From: Parasitella parasitica NRRL 2501
Lineage: Eukaryota; Fungi; Mucoromycota
Direction: 5' to 3'
NCBI GenBank assembly: GCA_025201805.1
Contig: MU619249.1
Location: 62,001-126,000 of the forward strand
DNA: 64,000 nt
The notes beneath the pieces were generated by a model. The model saw only the letters and a list, made by a program, of their open reading frames with translations. It ran no database searches and was not told the origin of the DNA. Made by a program: the position numbers and the translations under genes. Below, in pieces: positions 14,097 to 27,243 of the stretch. How positions within the stretch are numbered: the first letter of the stretch is position 1; each line of letters opens with the position of its first letter.

Positions 14097-16551
14097 CTAC
14101 AGTCGACTCGTATCTTCAGCTGATGAGACAATGATAGCAGCTTCAACCAAATCCATGAATCGGCTAGATGAATGTTCTGATTCAAGTATTGCACCGTTGC
14201 TAGGCGTAATGTCTCGATCTTTCAAGATTAAGCATTGTTCTTGCTGCGATATGGGTGGCGATGACTTGGTCGAATCGTCACTTGTAAAGTTGGCAGGATT
14301 TAAAGGAGCGTTGGCAACATCTCGGCGATAAACCTGTTCACGCTCATCGTCATCAAGTAATATTGTAGAAGCATCGCTCAATTCGCCTTCATCCATGTCA
14401 AACGTATTTATTTTGTCTATACGCATGACATCGACTATCTCAGCTTCAGCCATTACAGAATCCACATCTTGCTCAACATTGATCTTTTCATCCTTGTCAT
14501 TTAATTGCTGCACGTTTGATTCTGGTATTAAATGCTGTTCTGGTTTACTCATTGCATCAAAGGTATCCACTCTTACGAATTTGGTATATTGTTCAGCTTC
14601 AAAATTACCTTGCGGCGGTTCCATGGTGTTCCTTGAATGAACTGTTTCGTCGGTAATCGTCGGTTTCTCTTCCACTAGCCCCATAAAGGCTGGCTCTTCT
14701 TTTGGCTCTAATACACCAACGTTTTCTTGTTCTGGTTTTAATGTGAATTTATCTGCAACCGCTACAGGTTTTTCAGCTGATTCGCTGTTATTGTTCTTAT
14801 TCAAGTAGTCGCGAATCCATAGCTTTTTTCTAGGTAATGGTGCGAATGACTTTTCTAAAGCTGTGGGCATTTCAGAAGTCTTTACTGGTAATATGTTGGC
14901 TGTGGCTGAAGATGTAGTTGCATTTCGCTTGTTAGCTTTATGATGGTGGCGGATTGATTTCTTCTTGCGTGGTCTTGCTTTACTTTCATCGTCGTCTGAG
15001 TTTTCGGTGACAGAGCCTTCGAAAACGGATAAACTAGACAAAGATGAAAGCGATGATAGATCAGCATTCTCTTCATCGCTGCTATTGTCATCCAATAAAG
15101 GTGGCGCATTGTCCAATGGCGGTGGTAGGTCATCTCCTATATCGATATCACCTTCAACGTCTAGTAATTCGTCGTCTGAGGTATCTTTTGATAAAGCTAT
15201 GTTATGTCAGTACTAAAAAAAATAAAATAAAAAAAAAAAAATAACTCAACATATAATAGATCAGCTTACTTGTGCTAACGAATGTTGGCTCAATGGTAGT
15301 AGTTTCAATATGTTTTTCATCTAGCTTGACGGGCTGCGATGGTGCTGATTTCGGCTTCAACAAGATTACAGAGGATTTGCGACGGTCCCCCTTATTCGAA
15401 ATTATGTTGATTGAAGGAAATCGCACTATTGGCTTTTCTCTTGGTGGCGCACATTGACGCTTTAGATGTTCAATCAAGCATCGACGCTTATTTACGCAGG
15501 CACAGACTCCAAACTCTTTCTCAAAGCGATCTAGCATGTTCTTTATAGTCAATTTCCTCCGTCTTTCTTCCTCTTCATCAATTACTTGATGTCCATTCAC
15601 CTCTTGTCCATGTCTTTGCTTGTGCTGATGATGCCAGTTCATATTTTCTTTCCAAGCTACATGTCCTCGTTGCCAATTCCAGCTTATGGTGATCTCTTCC
15701 CCCTTTTCAATCGCATGGCGAGCAAAAAGACCCAAATGAATCGTCTTGTCTTCCCGAGATTGAGGCAATACAACGTTCCTGAGCTCTGCATTTGGATGGC
15801 ATGATCGACGGATGTAGCGAGCCTTATTGCCGAATTGGCGAGTATCAATACAAAGGTCCAATGTCGGGTAGAACATGATATGACTTGATGGGGTGCCCAA
15901 AATAACAAAATCGTTGATAGGATCAAACTTGAACTCTGATTTGAGAAGGATGTTGCCTGTTACCTCCATTAGATATCTGAGCGTTGGGATAGATCTTGTC
16001 GCAAATAGACCTTGGCTAGAGACTGGTGTGTCCATCAAGACTCCTTTAGTGAACAAAGTAGTTGTATCCATGGTAACAAATGGGCCATGATCGCACAGTA
16101 ACGGCCCACGATTGCTGCTTTCATCGTGGAAATGTTGTCTCCATCGATTATTTGAACTCCAGCGTTCTCTAGCTTCTTTGAACAGTGAATGTACATAGCG
16201 AGAGATGATTCTGCTCTTACTGGGCCGCTTCTTTTTTGGGTCTTTGAGCGGTGCTTCCTCCTCAGATGCATCCAATTTGCGAAACTTTTTCTTGGAAATA
16301 GTGATCCTTTTCGATAATTTGGGCCTCTTTCTTTTCAGACATTGGTCGCACAGGTAATGGTCTGGAATATTGGCGTGTGTTATGTGCACGCAGAAAGCAT
16401 GCTGCCACACAAGGCATCGTTCACATTGGATCGTGAAACCGTCGTCTTCAGTCGACGGGCAGACACATCGGATAAGTCCTGTATCGACCGGTGCTTCATC
16501 ATTCTTGTGTCTATGCTGTGTAAATGAGCTTTTAGGAATAGAAAATGCCAT
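14097..16551 (-). CDS. SET3: PHD finger + SET domain protein (Set3/Set4/MLL5 family); intron ~15269-15197
   Basis: IRCVC...DDGFTIQCERCLVWQHAFCV PHD finger; SET domain with GNKARYIRRSCHPNA and GEEITISWNW characteristic of the Set3/MLL5 clade; the splice restores frame into the acidic C-terminal ORF. Confidence 0.85.
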
Positions 16552-17564
16552 TTTTTTTTTTGCTATGCTGTTTCTTGGAAATGCTAGTTCCTTTTGCTGC
16601 TTGGATTTCTCTTCTATTCCAGCAATGTTTTGTTTTGTTTTATAATTTAAAAAGAGTGTTTTTTTTTTTTTTTTTTTTTTCGTCTTCTTTCCTTTCATCA
16701 TCAAGTCACGAATCTGCCATAATCCAATCAAGAAACCATGCTTCTGCAGCGATCACCGTAGAAAAAGAATTAACTGGTAGCTCACAAGTCGACATGTGCA
16801 TCTGTAGATTATCAAGTTTGTAAATGTTGAAAGAATTCATGTAGATTCATTACCAAAAACACCCTTTTCTCGGCTTTGTCATCCTGAAAGAGCGACAAAC
16901 GACGACTTTGGGAAGATTCCGTGTACATGTGTCAGATTCTGGACGCTATGGGAGTCATTGAAGCTCTGCAAATGTATTAGCTAGAGAGAAGATGGTTGTA
17001 TGCCTTTCATAATTTTTCATGCTTCTCGAGCATCAAATGGCCCGTCCATGAGACATACATAGAAGCAAATGTAACCCTGGTCCTTGAAGCTGGGGATATA
17101 TATGTATTTTGTGTCTTGCTTGTGAACTTTGTTAATTAATGCGCCATAAGGAATTCAGGAGTACAATGGCAACAAATCGAGTGCCACTAAATCATAAGAG
17201 TCTTTACATTTTCACGAGAAGATCCCAGAATTTTGACATGGTTTCCCATGATCTATCAAGAAAAGTCTATGCGATTATAAATTAGGTAACAATTCCCTCA
17301 GACCATATAAAGCAATTGCCCTGACAAGACTATAAAATCGATGTGATTTCCCCTATCTTTATCTATTACGAGCATCGACGGGTTTTTATTGACCCTTACT
17401 GATATTATAATGGACAATGTTGAATCTTTGATTTGGGTATGGCTTCCGATTCAATCAGCTTGTAATACAGATCTCACAGTGTTACTAGAGCGCCACGGCA
17501 ATAGCATTTATTTTATATTTATTAAACACAAAGGACAAAAAAGAGAGGTGGGGAGGGAGATCAT

Positions 17565-18991
17565 CTAATTAGCAAAAGCTGGGATTCCAGTGATGGCTTT
17601 CCCAAGAATCAAAGCATGAACATCATGAGTACCTTCATAAGTATTTACAGCTTCCAAGTTGGCAGAGTGGCGGATAATATGGTACTCATCAGAGATACCA
17701 TTGCCGCCCAGCATGTCACGGCATTCACGAGCAATTGCAAGAGCCTTACCACAAGAGTTACGCTTGATCATGGAGATCATTTCAGGTGCCAACTCACCAG
17801 CATCCTTAAGACGGCCAACTTGAACACATGCTTGCAATCCCAGAGCAATTTCTGTGTTGGCGTCGGCCAATTTCTTTTGAATCAACTGATTAGCAGCCAA
17901 AGGACGGCCAAATTGCTTACGGTCTAATGTATAGGTACGAGCTTGATTTAAACAAGCTTCAGCTGCACCAAGGGCACCCCAGGCAATACCGTAGCGAGCA
18001 TTATTAAGACAGCCAAAGGGTCCCCCAAGGCCCTTTGCATTGGGCAGCATATTCTCAACAGACACTTCAACATTATCCATCATAATCATACCAGTAATGG
18101 AGGCTCTGAGAGAAAATTTACCCTTGATAGCAGGAGCATCCAAGCCGGCCATACCCTTCTCCAGGATGAAACCACGAATAGCTCCTCCTTCATCCAAATT
18201 CTTGGCCCAAACAACAAACACGTCAGCAATAGGCGAATTGGTGATCCAAGTCTTGGAACCGTTGAGAACATAATGTCCATTAACCTTTTTTGCGGTGGTT
18301 TCCATACTGCTAGGATCAGAGCCATGGTTAGGCTCAGTCAAACCAAAGCAACCGACAATTTCACCCTTGGCTAGAGGTGTAGTTTAGTATTCTATGCCTA
18401 CACTCTTGAGAATAAGCAAGCTTACATACCCAAACGAGGAAGATACTTGTCCTTTTGAGCATCAGTGCCGTAGGCGTTGATAGGGTGCATTACCAAGGAA
18501 GATTGGACGGACATTGCAGATCTATATCCAGAGTCGACGCTGTGACGTGAGAGGTTGCATGTGAGTGATTGAGAGTGTTTATACCACTTTAGCGACTTAC
18601 TTTTCAACTTCACGGGCAGTCAAGCCGTAGGCAACAGACGAGACACCAGCACAACCGTAACCATCGATGGTTGAACCCAAAAAACCGAGCTCGCCCATTT
18701 CAGACATGATTTCACGATCAAACTCTAACCATTGCTTGTAAGCATCTTACATTTCCACATATTAAACAACTTACTCTCATTGCGGTAAGCGTCAATGACT
18801 CTCGGCAAAAGACGCTCTTGACAATAACTATGAGCAGCATCACGGACAAAGATTTCATCTTCGGTCAGCAACCTTTCGAGGTTCAGGGGATCTTCCCAGT
18901 TGTACTTGACAAAGGCCTTGGATGCCATGCCTCTTGAAGCCATGCGAGGGGCAACAACTGCCCTTGTGCGAAGAAATTGACGTGCCAGCAT
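17565..18991 (-). CDS. GCDH: Glutaryl-CoA dehydrogenase, mitochondrial (4 exons)
   Basis: Mitochondrial presequence [66 protein letters not shown]. Confidence 0.96.
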
Positions 18992-19074
18992 TTGGAAATA
19001 TAGTATGTATAAAACGGTAAAAAAAAAACCGGGAAAAAAAGAAAGCACCTTTTATATATAGTGCTTTTCTGTGG

Positions 19075-19106
19075 GGTACTTAAAGGGACGGGTACTTAAA
19101 GGGACG
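19075..19106. repeat. Exact 16-bp tandem duplication (GGTACTTAAAGGGACG x2) upstream of GCDH
   Basis: Directly visible; adjacent to the TATATA element at ~19053-19060. Confidence 0.9.
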
Positions 19107-19262
19107 CATTATATTACACACACTGGTTAATTTTTTTGATGGGTCATTAAAGTTCAATAATTTCCCACCATCCTTTTATTGACTAATGAAAGGATGTCCG
19201 GTACGGTAACTTTCGGACGTTTGTCATGAAAGTGAAAAGATTTCCCGCGAACGAAAATGGAC

Positions 19263-19332
19263 TTACGGTGTCTGTAGACTGTAATTCCTGATTTGTTGCT
19301 GGTGATAGCCCTCCCACTGACGCTGCTGGTCT

Positions 19333-19370
<38 letters not shown>

Positions 19371-19751
19371 TTGTGGGCTATTCCAATCGATAATGTGCCT
19401 ATTCGAGTATCTTTTGGAATGTCCTCCTTGCTGACCGTGTTTATGATGATACTGATGTTGAGACGAGGAAGAGTGGTATCGATAATTGTTTCGACTTTGG
19501 TTCGCATTACTTTTATCGAAGCGTCTCTTTTGATAGTTGGGGTGGTTTTGCAGTGGCGGTGAAGGTGTAGTTGATATGGGAGGGAGCTCCTTCAGCAAAT
19601 CATCCATAACAAACACATCGTCCTGTTGGTCTCCCAGGCTGTTTGAGAATGATCTTGACCTGTACGAGACACTGCGGGATCGCCTTCTGTTTGTCTCATG
19701 ACTCTGTTCTCTTGTGTGGTATTTCTTTGGTTGGTGATGGTGCTGATAATA

Positions 19752-19785
<34 letters not shown>

Positions 19786-21026
19786 GGCGGTGGTTGCTGG
19801 TATTTGGGCGGTGAAGGCATCATTCTTGTGAAAGGATGTGGCGTTACCAGTCTTGAGAATGGGCCAGTTTCATTGCAGCCACGTAACAATATTCGTAGAT
19901 GGTCATAATCAGGCCGATCACTGAAGCGAAGTCTTCGAGTGTAGTCAATGAAATCCATGATACCGCGGGGCAATCCCAGACACAGGTCTTCCAGCAGGAT
20001 TTCCTCTTTGATAGCTTTCAGCCGGTCCCAACCTGCTTTTGAGGTGCGAGCTGTTACACCAGACCATGGTAACTCACCTGCCAAGAGCAAGTCGAGTAGC
20101 AGGTATCCAAGGCTTTCCATATCATCTCTGCGTGAATGTGTGCGGCCGCGATGCACATTCAAAGAAGCATAACGAGCAGTTCCTGTTTTGAATCTAATAG
20201 GCTTTTTACATTCAGGATAGGGTTTCCCTGTCTTTGGGTTTCTCCACCATGTTGCTAACCCGAAATCAACTGCATACAGTGCGGTTTGTTTTCCCCAGTT
20301 GTTGAACACTGTTCGACAAGAAGGAGGGGAGGGAGGTGGGCTATTCTCCTTATCGTAACGAGCATACGGTGGCCAGTTCATCTCAATATCATTACCAAGG
20401 ACACAAGAAGCAGAAAATAGAAAGTTCTCAGGCTTAATGTCTCTGTACACTAGACCTTCGTTGTGCATGTGTTCTAAACACGATATCTAAAATACCTTGC
20501 ACTTAATAACGAAAAAAACAAAAAAAGAGATGGATAATGTACAATATTACCAATTGACAGCCTATATCGATGACAATATCGATAGGTATATCTGTTACAG
20601 TTGATTGCAGATCTTTTAGACTTGAACCAAGTAAATCAATGACGATGCAATCAAAGCCATCATGCTGGCCATACCAATGACATTTGGGTATGCAAGCTAT
20701 AAACATGTTAAACACAATGTAACACTTGAAGAAAAAAAAAAAAGCGCCAATTAGTAACTTACGACCGCCGGCCAACGCATCGTATACAATGCTTTCGTGA
20801 TGAAGCTGAGGGAATTCAAGCTCTAATGACTCTCGCTTAATTGCATAGAAACCATTCTGAACAATGTCCTTGGCTACAATTTTACAATGGTTGAGTTGGG
20901 TTAGAATTTCATGGAGGTCATTAATGCGGAAATACCTTTAAAAACTTCTCCAAAAGATCCTTCACCAATCTTGGACTCTACTAACCATCGGCCACCTACA
21001 ATGACATCTTTAGAAGCGGATTCCAT
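19263..21026 (-). CDS. Casein kinase 1 family protein kinase with a kinase-domain insert and poly-Q tail (4 exons)
   Basis: KIGEGSFGEV, IDLLGSSL, YRDIKPENF, DFGLA, TGTARYASLNVHRG, SRRDDMESLGY, LPWSG and PDYDHL are CK1 signature motifs. Confidence 0.92.
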
Positions 21027-21068
21027 AGAGGATGGCTGGATTGTGGTGCGTGGATATGTGTATTCAGA

Positions 21069-21115
<47 letters not shown>

Positions 21116-24100
21116 GAAAAATCAGATAATAATAAAAATGAGTAAAATCGTGAAATTGGGAAACCAAATAAAGCAGGGATTATCTCTTCTCGAAGTGTGT
21201 AGATATAATAAACCTTCTTAAACCAGTATCAGTTTCTTTCAAAGAAAAGAAAAAGGTATAGGGTTAAATATGTCAAAAAGAAAAAGAGAGACAGTGTGTC
21301 CTTAAATCTCTCTATTTCTTTTTCTTGCTCTTCTTCTTTATGACTATCTGCCTTTCTTTCTTTTCTTCTTTTTCTTCAAGAGAAATTTGTAGACTACAAA
21401 ACCAAATAAGCGGGGAGGAGTTTTGGCGTAGCTTTGTAGCTGTTTGCGCTTCTTTTTGCTTTGTATTTGTTGCTATGCTTTATAAAATAGAGCCCTTGAT
21501 GTGCAACAAAAAGAACTCTGCTTTATAAAATGAGGTTGTTGAACAAATTTCAAGTTGAATGCGATGATCTAATTCTTTATGCAATTAACAAAAAAGCAAA
21601 AGAAGAGAAAGGAAGAAAGAAAGAGAGAGAAATAAAAAAGAAAAGGAAAAAGGTGGGAAGTTATTTCGAAAAAACCTGGCTTCTTTTAGCTACTCTCTTT
21701 TGGGTGTGGACATCAGACTTTCACCAAGATATACTCCATGTGTCGTCATCATCATTAAATCGCATTTGAGCCTCGTTCTAGCCTACATACAATGAGTTGA
21801 TCTCTTCCAGGAGAGTGACAATTAGGCCATTATCTGTTGGAATTCATAAACTCATGAAACGCAGGGGAAATATTTCTCACTAAATTGCTTTTGGAAAGCC
21901 ATTAAAAACCGGCTTCACCTGTACACAGCAGATCTCAAAAGCGGTTTCCAGTGTGAATTTCTTGATTTCATTATGCATTTTGCGTTTCTATTTGCTTTAT
22001 GTATCTTTGGTCTTTTGACAAAGGGCTGTAAGAGTCATGTGCTTTATCAAATTATGCATGGAACAAGTGAAATGAAACTCATTCTGGTTCATTATTGGAG
22101 CGTAGGGTTGCATTTTACATATTGCAAAGTTTGCAGACTTCAGAGAGCATATGATCAATCAACCCCAAAGACTTTAAATGAATGATCGCCCCTGACCAAT
22201 TAAATAGTTGATATATGTTATCTTGTTTGATGGATGCATTAAGCTTTTTCGGCTTCATCTATAGGATGGTGGTTTTGATTTTGTCTACAGGGCTATATAG
22301 TTTAAAAAATGTCAATGATCAGTTTCAACATGGTCAACTACAATTATATGCTTGAGAAAATTTATATTTTTCAACTTCAAGACTAACATGCCAACGATCA
22401 ACTTGACTCGATGTTTGATGAATTGCAGTCAATGTATTACATGTGAAACCCTATTTGTTTTTTTTGGTAAATCCAACATTTAAATCACCCTAATAATAGT
22501 CGAGTCAGGTATTAAGATATCCAAAAATGTGCAAATAGATAGACGCTCTGATAGGAATAATTGTCGCTCATTGTCTTTGCATTACTATTTTAGTAGAATG
22601 TATGCACACAGTCTTTTCACAGTTGCCCATGCACCAACATCTAAATTAAAGAATCTTCCGAAATTGGACCTCTTCACAATGGAAATTATGTTGCAAAGGA
22701 CTTGCCTTATGAGCATCCTATTTTTTAACCCAAAAGGATATCAGTCATTGAAACATTGATCAAGACGAATCGGGAATTGGTATGCTACAATTGATAGTTA
22801 CCAGCTATTAAGTACAGTTCTATCAATAGCATACCTGCTGTCTTAATAAAGACCATAGTGGGTTCTATTTTCTAAGGGATACTCTTTAGGCCAAAGTGAA
22901 AATGAAAAAAATAAAATAAAAATGCTTGTGCTAGGATAAGTACAGTTTATGAATTAAAGATGTACTGACAGAAAGTGATGTGTCCGCTTTGAATAAAGCT
23001 TTATATACAGTAAAGGCTATCAACTATATGACTCGACGTTTATGTATTCTTTAATCGTAAACTTCGGTTGCTGCCAACATTCTATTATTATATCCACGAA
23101 GGAAATTGATAGACATTGAAACATGTGTTACGGTATCTACCTACGGGATGAATCAGTCTCAAAGCGTCAAACAAACGTATTTACCAATCAGAATAGACAT
23201 TTCTAATATCGTCGTTTGCATACAAGAGCGCCACCGAAGGGATCAAAACCCATACTAATATCTTCCCCTTTTATTCTTATTATTATGTCAATGTAAACGG
23301 TGCAGCGAAATGTTGTGCAAATGTTATATGAAGAGAAGTAAAATAAGACTTTCTCTGAATATAAAATCAGATAAAAAACTGAAGATTTTAAATGGCATAA
23401 GATATGATTTCTATTTGCACTAAAATATATCTTAATCAATGTCTATCCACATAGCATCTAGTGTTTGACTTTTCCTGTCAAACATCATTGAATTACAGCA
23501 TGTCCAGGACAGACCCATTCTTCTATTTTTACATTAAAGATAAGATGTAAGTAAGATGTCTCCTCGATATCCCGCGATCTGATCTTGATGTAATCTTTAA
23601 ATAAGCCTAGAACCTTGCAAGAGGTTCAATTACAACTTGTAACTTATTCCTTATTTGTAAAAGAATTACCAACGAAAATCATTAGCCTGGCGCGATAAAT
23701 TGAGTTAACAACGTGTATGACCCTCTCTTCCGCATGGAGAGCAAACAACTGGTGGTATATTAAGGATTTAGAGTTGATTCCTCAACAACACCACCTAATA
23801 ATCACAACATTAGAAATTGGCCTTATCCTCGCCGTACAGTCCCTTTGTGATCAAATTTGATGTCAAGTTCGATAAAACATGATACAACTCATTACAAAAC
23901 CACAAGACAGAAGCCTTGAACCTTACCTGATCAAGAAATTTCATTTGAGAGCTTCAGAATTCGTTGAAGAAGGATTATTTCGGGATAGATCACTTGGTCG
24001 ATGTATTGTAAGAAGGAGCAAATGGGAACTGGCTGCTTAATAACTTTTTACTATGCGACCTCGAACTTAGACGGAACAATTATAATAATGCTTGATGACC

Positions 24101-25949
24101 GATGATAACGGTACTAATAAAGATGCCACCGATAATGTGAATGCTTCTACATAATTCCTAAATTCAAACAGTTTAATGGAGCCTACCTAATTGTGTTCTG
24201 TTACTCTTGGCTGGGTACGAGTTTGTGTAAATAACAGTTAGTCGGTTATGTGACGATAGACACTTGCCTCTTCATCAAAACGCCACAAACACAGTAAATT
24301 ACGAGTGATTTTCATACAACTTATCGACTGGAATTCCAAGAATTAACGATTCTTCGATACTTTTTGGTAAAGTGTAAAATATACAAAAGTAGAGACCCTT
24401 TCAGTGGATCCGAAATCGTCTGCGTCTTTTTCTCCCTCATGCACATCATTTGAGTTTGAAGCACTGTTTTCAGAGCGCAAACCTACATCTGAAAGATAAT
24501 CGATTTTGAGGAAGTTTCTTCTTTGTTGGCCAACCTTGTTGGCACGGCATTGATCGATGCTGCCGTTTGCCTCATGAAATCTGCTTTCGTTGTTATAAGT
24601 CTTGTAGCGAGTTTCATAATCACAGTGTACACAAATCTGCCGGACCAAGATGCCCACTCGTCCGAACCACAACTTTACAAATGTTTACTGAAACTCTGTG
24701 CATTTCTTTGTATATTCTTTTGAATAACACTCAAAAGGTATCCCGCTGTAGTCCTATGATATTGGGATGTTTCTGGCCAAGTTGCCTCAAGCTTAGACGC
24801 TAGCCCTCTTCTTGTGAAAGGTAGTCTGAGGGCCATTCTTGAGAGCTCCTTTGTCCGCCGGAAGGTCTAGTAAGCGGTAACATGTTGCATCCTTTGTATT
24901 GTTGTACTATCGCTACTCTGGGGTCTGTTTGCTGATGCTAAGCTGGTAATTACTAATAGATGGCTACTGGTGATGAAGACTCTAGACAAGTTACCGAAAG
25001 GCTAGTTTGGCATCAGCTCAGGAATGGTTCCATTTTTTTACTGAAAGTTAAACTGACTCTCAACTCACGATATGCATTGACTATGTTTGTAAAGAACGAT
25101 ATTACGATAATCTTGGAAAGTAGCTCTGTCTAACGTAAAATATGTATCGTTTTCTTACAAAGCGATTGAATATATACATACACATACATATTTTGTATGG
25201 GCAAGCTTTAATTTTGATTGGAAATCCTACAGAGGTCGTACTGAGGTCAATTTAAGACTAGGAGATGCAACAAGATGGAGAGTTTGGAATGATTTTTGGG
25301 AAAGCGACTAAAAACTAAATAATACAGTGTGATAATTTTACAAAAGAGATACTTTGAGGGACTTGTTCATTATATGCTTTCCCAACTTGGCGGTAGTACA
25401 TTCTCTTACTGATTTTTTGACACTTTTTATTCATATAATCAGTTTTACCAAACTTCAAAGCAACAGTGAACACAAAAGTCGTCTTTCAAAGAATCAAAAG
25501 ACAGGCATCACTAAAGACCCATCCAGATAAACTGAACGGCATCTCTTACAGAACAACATGACAGGCATGAGAGGATTCCTTCAGTATTGCATCGTTATGT
25601 TTGCATTCTCATCAGATGTTTACAAAAAGAAAAGAAAATAAAATAAACAGTTTAGTTGGAAAAGAGACAGCCTGTGAACTTACCATGATCGTTTTTGGCA
25701 ATCTCTTAAAGCGAGAATCACTAGTCAACGTATTGAAAAGCAAATAATTGCTGAGGACCCATCCAGAAGCTGGACAGTACCAAACCCATTGCAGCAAGGC
25801 AAATGTGAGTGGACTCCTTCATTATTGCACTGGAATGATAGAAAGTGTCTGTTACTCGCCTGGAAAAAAAATAATTTACAAAGTAAAGGAAAAATCAAGT
25901 ATAAAAAAACCTGCGACCGTTATCTCTTATCAAGTAGACGAAAGACAGG

Positions 25950-27243
25950 CAGATTTTCCCTTTGGAGGAAAATTTATTGTATTTGTTGGCAATTGTCGTC
26001 AAATTTTACCAATGGTTCCTCATGGCAGTAAAGAAGAAATCATTCAAGCATGCATTCTGACCACAAATCTTTGGCCGCATGTACAAGTACTCAGCTTAAC
26101 AACAAGCATGAGAGTTTAGCAAGTCATGTCATTACATAACGCTGCATTGGCCACCTCATTGCAAAATTTTGCTGATTTCTTGCTTGATATTGGCAATGGC
26201 TCCTTCCCTATTCAGCCCAACACAGCTGACTTGATTCGTATTCCGTAATATAATATGCTTGTGCCTGGCAATGATATTTCTGTCCTTTGCCAACATGTAT
26301 ATGTCTACAATATGTCTACAACAACTTTGCGCTCACTGCTGATACCACCCGCGACAACTTAATGTCGAAGGCCATCCTGACACCGACCAATGCTTTTGTT
26401 TCTAAATTAAATGACTTCATGCTTGAGAAGTTTCCCGGTGAATTCACTGAATTCCTGAGTACTGACACGGCGTTGAGTGAAGACGATGCTTTAGAGCTGC
26501 CATCAGAATTCATGAATTTTCTCAACTGTGGTAGTCTTCCACCTCACCAGCTCAAGTTGAAAATTGGCTCGCCAATCATGATGCTCAGAAACATCGATCC
26601 TGCTCATGGTGTTTATAATGGTACAAGGCTTATTTGTCGAGCATTCACAAGGAACACTATCCAGGCTGAAGTTGCAACTGGACCTTATCAACGCAATGTT
26701 GTGCTCATACCCAGAGTTACCTTAAACTCGATAGTTGAGCAAGTCGTCGTAGAATTTAAGCCTTGTCAGTTCCCTGTCAGACCAGCTTTTGCCATGACGA
26801 TAAATAAATCCCAAGGTCAAACTCTGGACTTTGTAGGGCTGTATCTTCCTGTCTCAATTTTCTCGCATGGGCAATTATACGTCGCTCTATCTCGAATTAA
26901 AAGGCCAGATGACAACTCAACCATCATCAACCCCAAGCCAAGAAGGAGTATATACATCAAATGTTGTTTATACTGAGATTTTTCAAAATTAACCAATTTC
27001 GAGAATTTAAACAAAAAATACCAAACAATCATAATATATCATATCTTTATATATACAATACATATGAATCCACTCATTGTTTCTTATTTCGTTTGATTTA
27101 GCATTGTGTTAAGTGGGCCAGCCTGCTGCAGGCGCGAGCTGTGAACACCCCCCCCCCATTGAGATCGAAGGTCGAAAAATATCACAGTAGCGAAGCGAAG
27201 GTCGATTATTTTCACCGTAGTTCGGGGGGTGTATAAAAGCTCG
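25950..27243 (+). mobile_element. Helitron remnant: PIF1-type helicase pseudogene (3' half of RepHel) with putative 3' terminus
   Basis: PFGGK..GNCRQILP, LTTSMRV, AILTPTN, LPPHQLKLKIGSPIMMLRNID...NGTRL, QFPVRPAFAMTINKSQGQTL, FSHGQLYVALSR and terminal TSNVVYTEIF; in-frame stops and frameshifts; a GC-rich inverted repeat (27145-27232) ends 11 nt before the terminal CTCG|T junction. Confidence 0.9.

Noticed and set aside
25748-26976. Cellular PIF1 helicase gene
   Set aside because: Multiple stops and frameshifts, missing N-terminal motifs, Helitron-type motif wording and a terminal hairpin indicate a transposon remnant.
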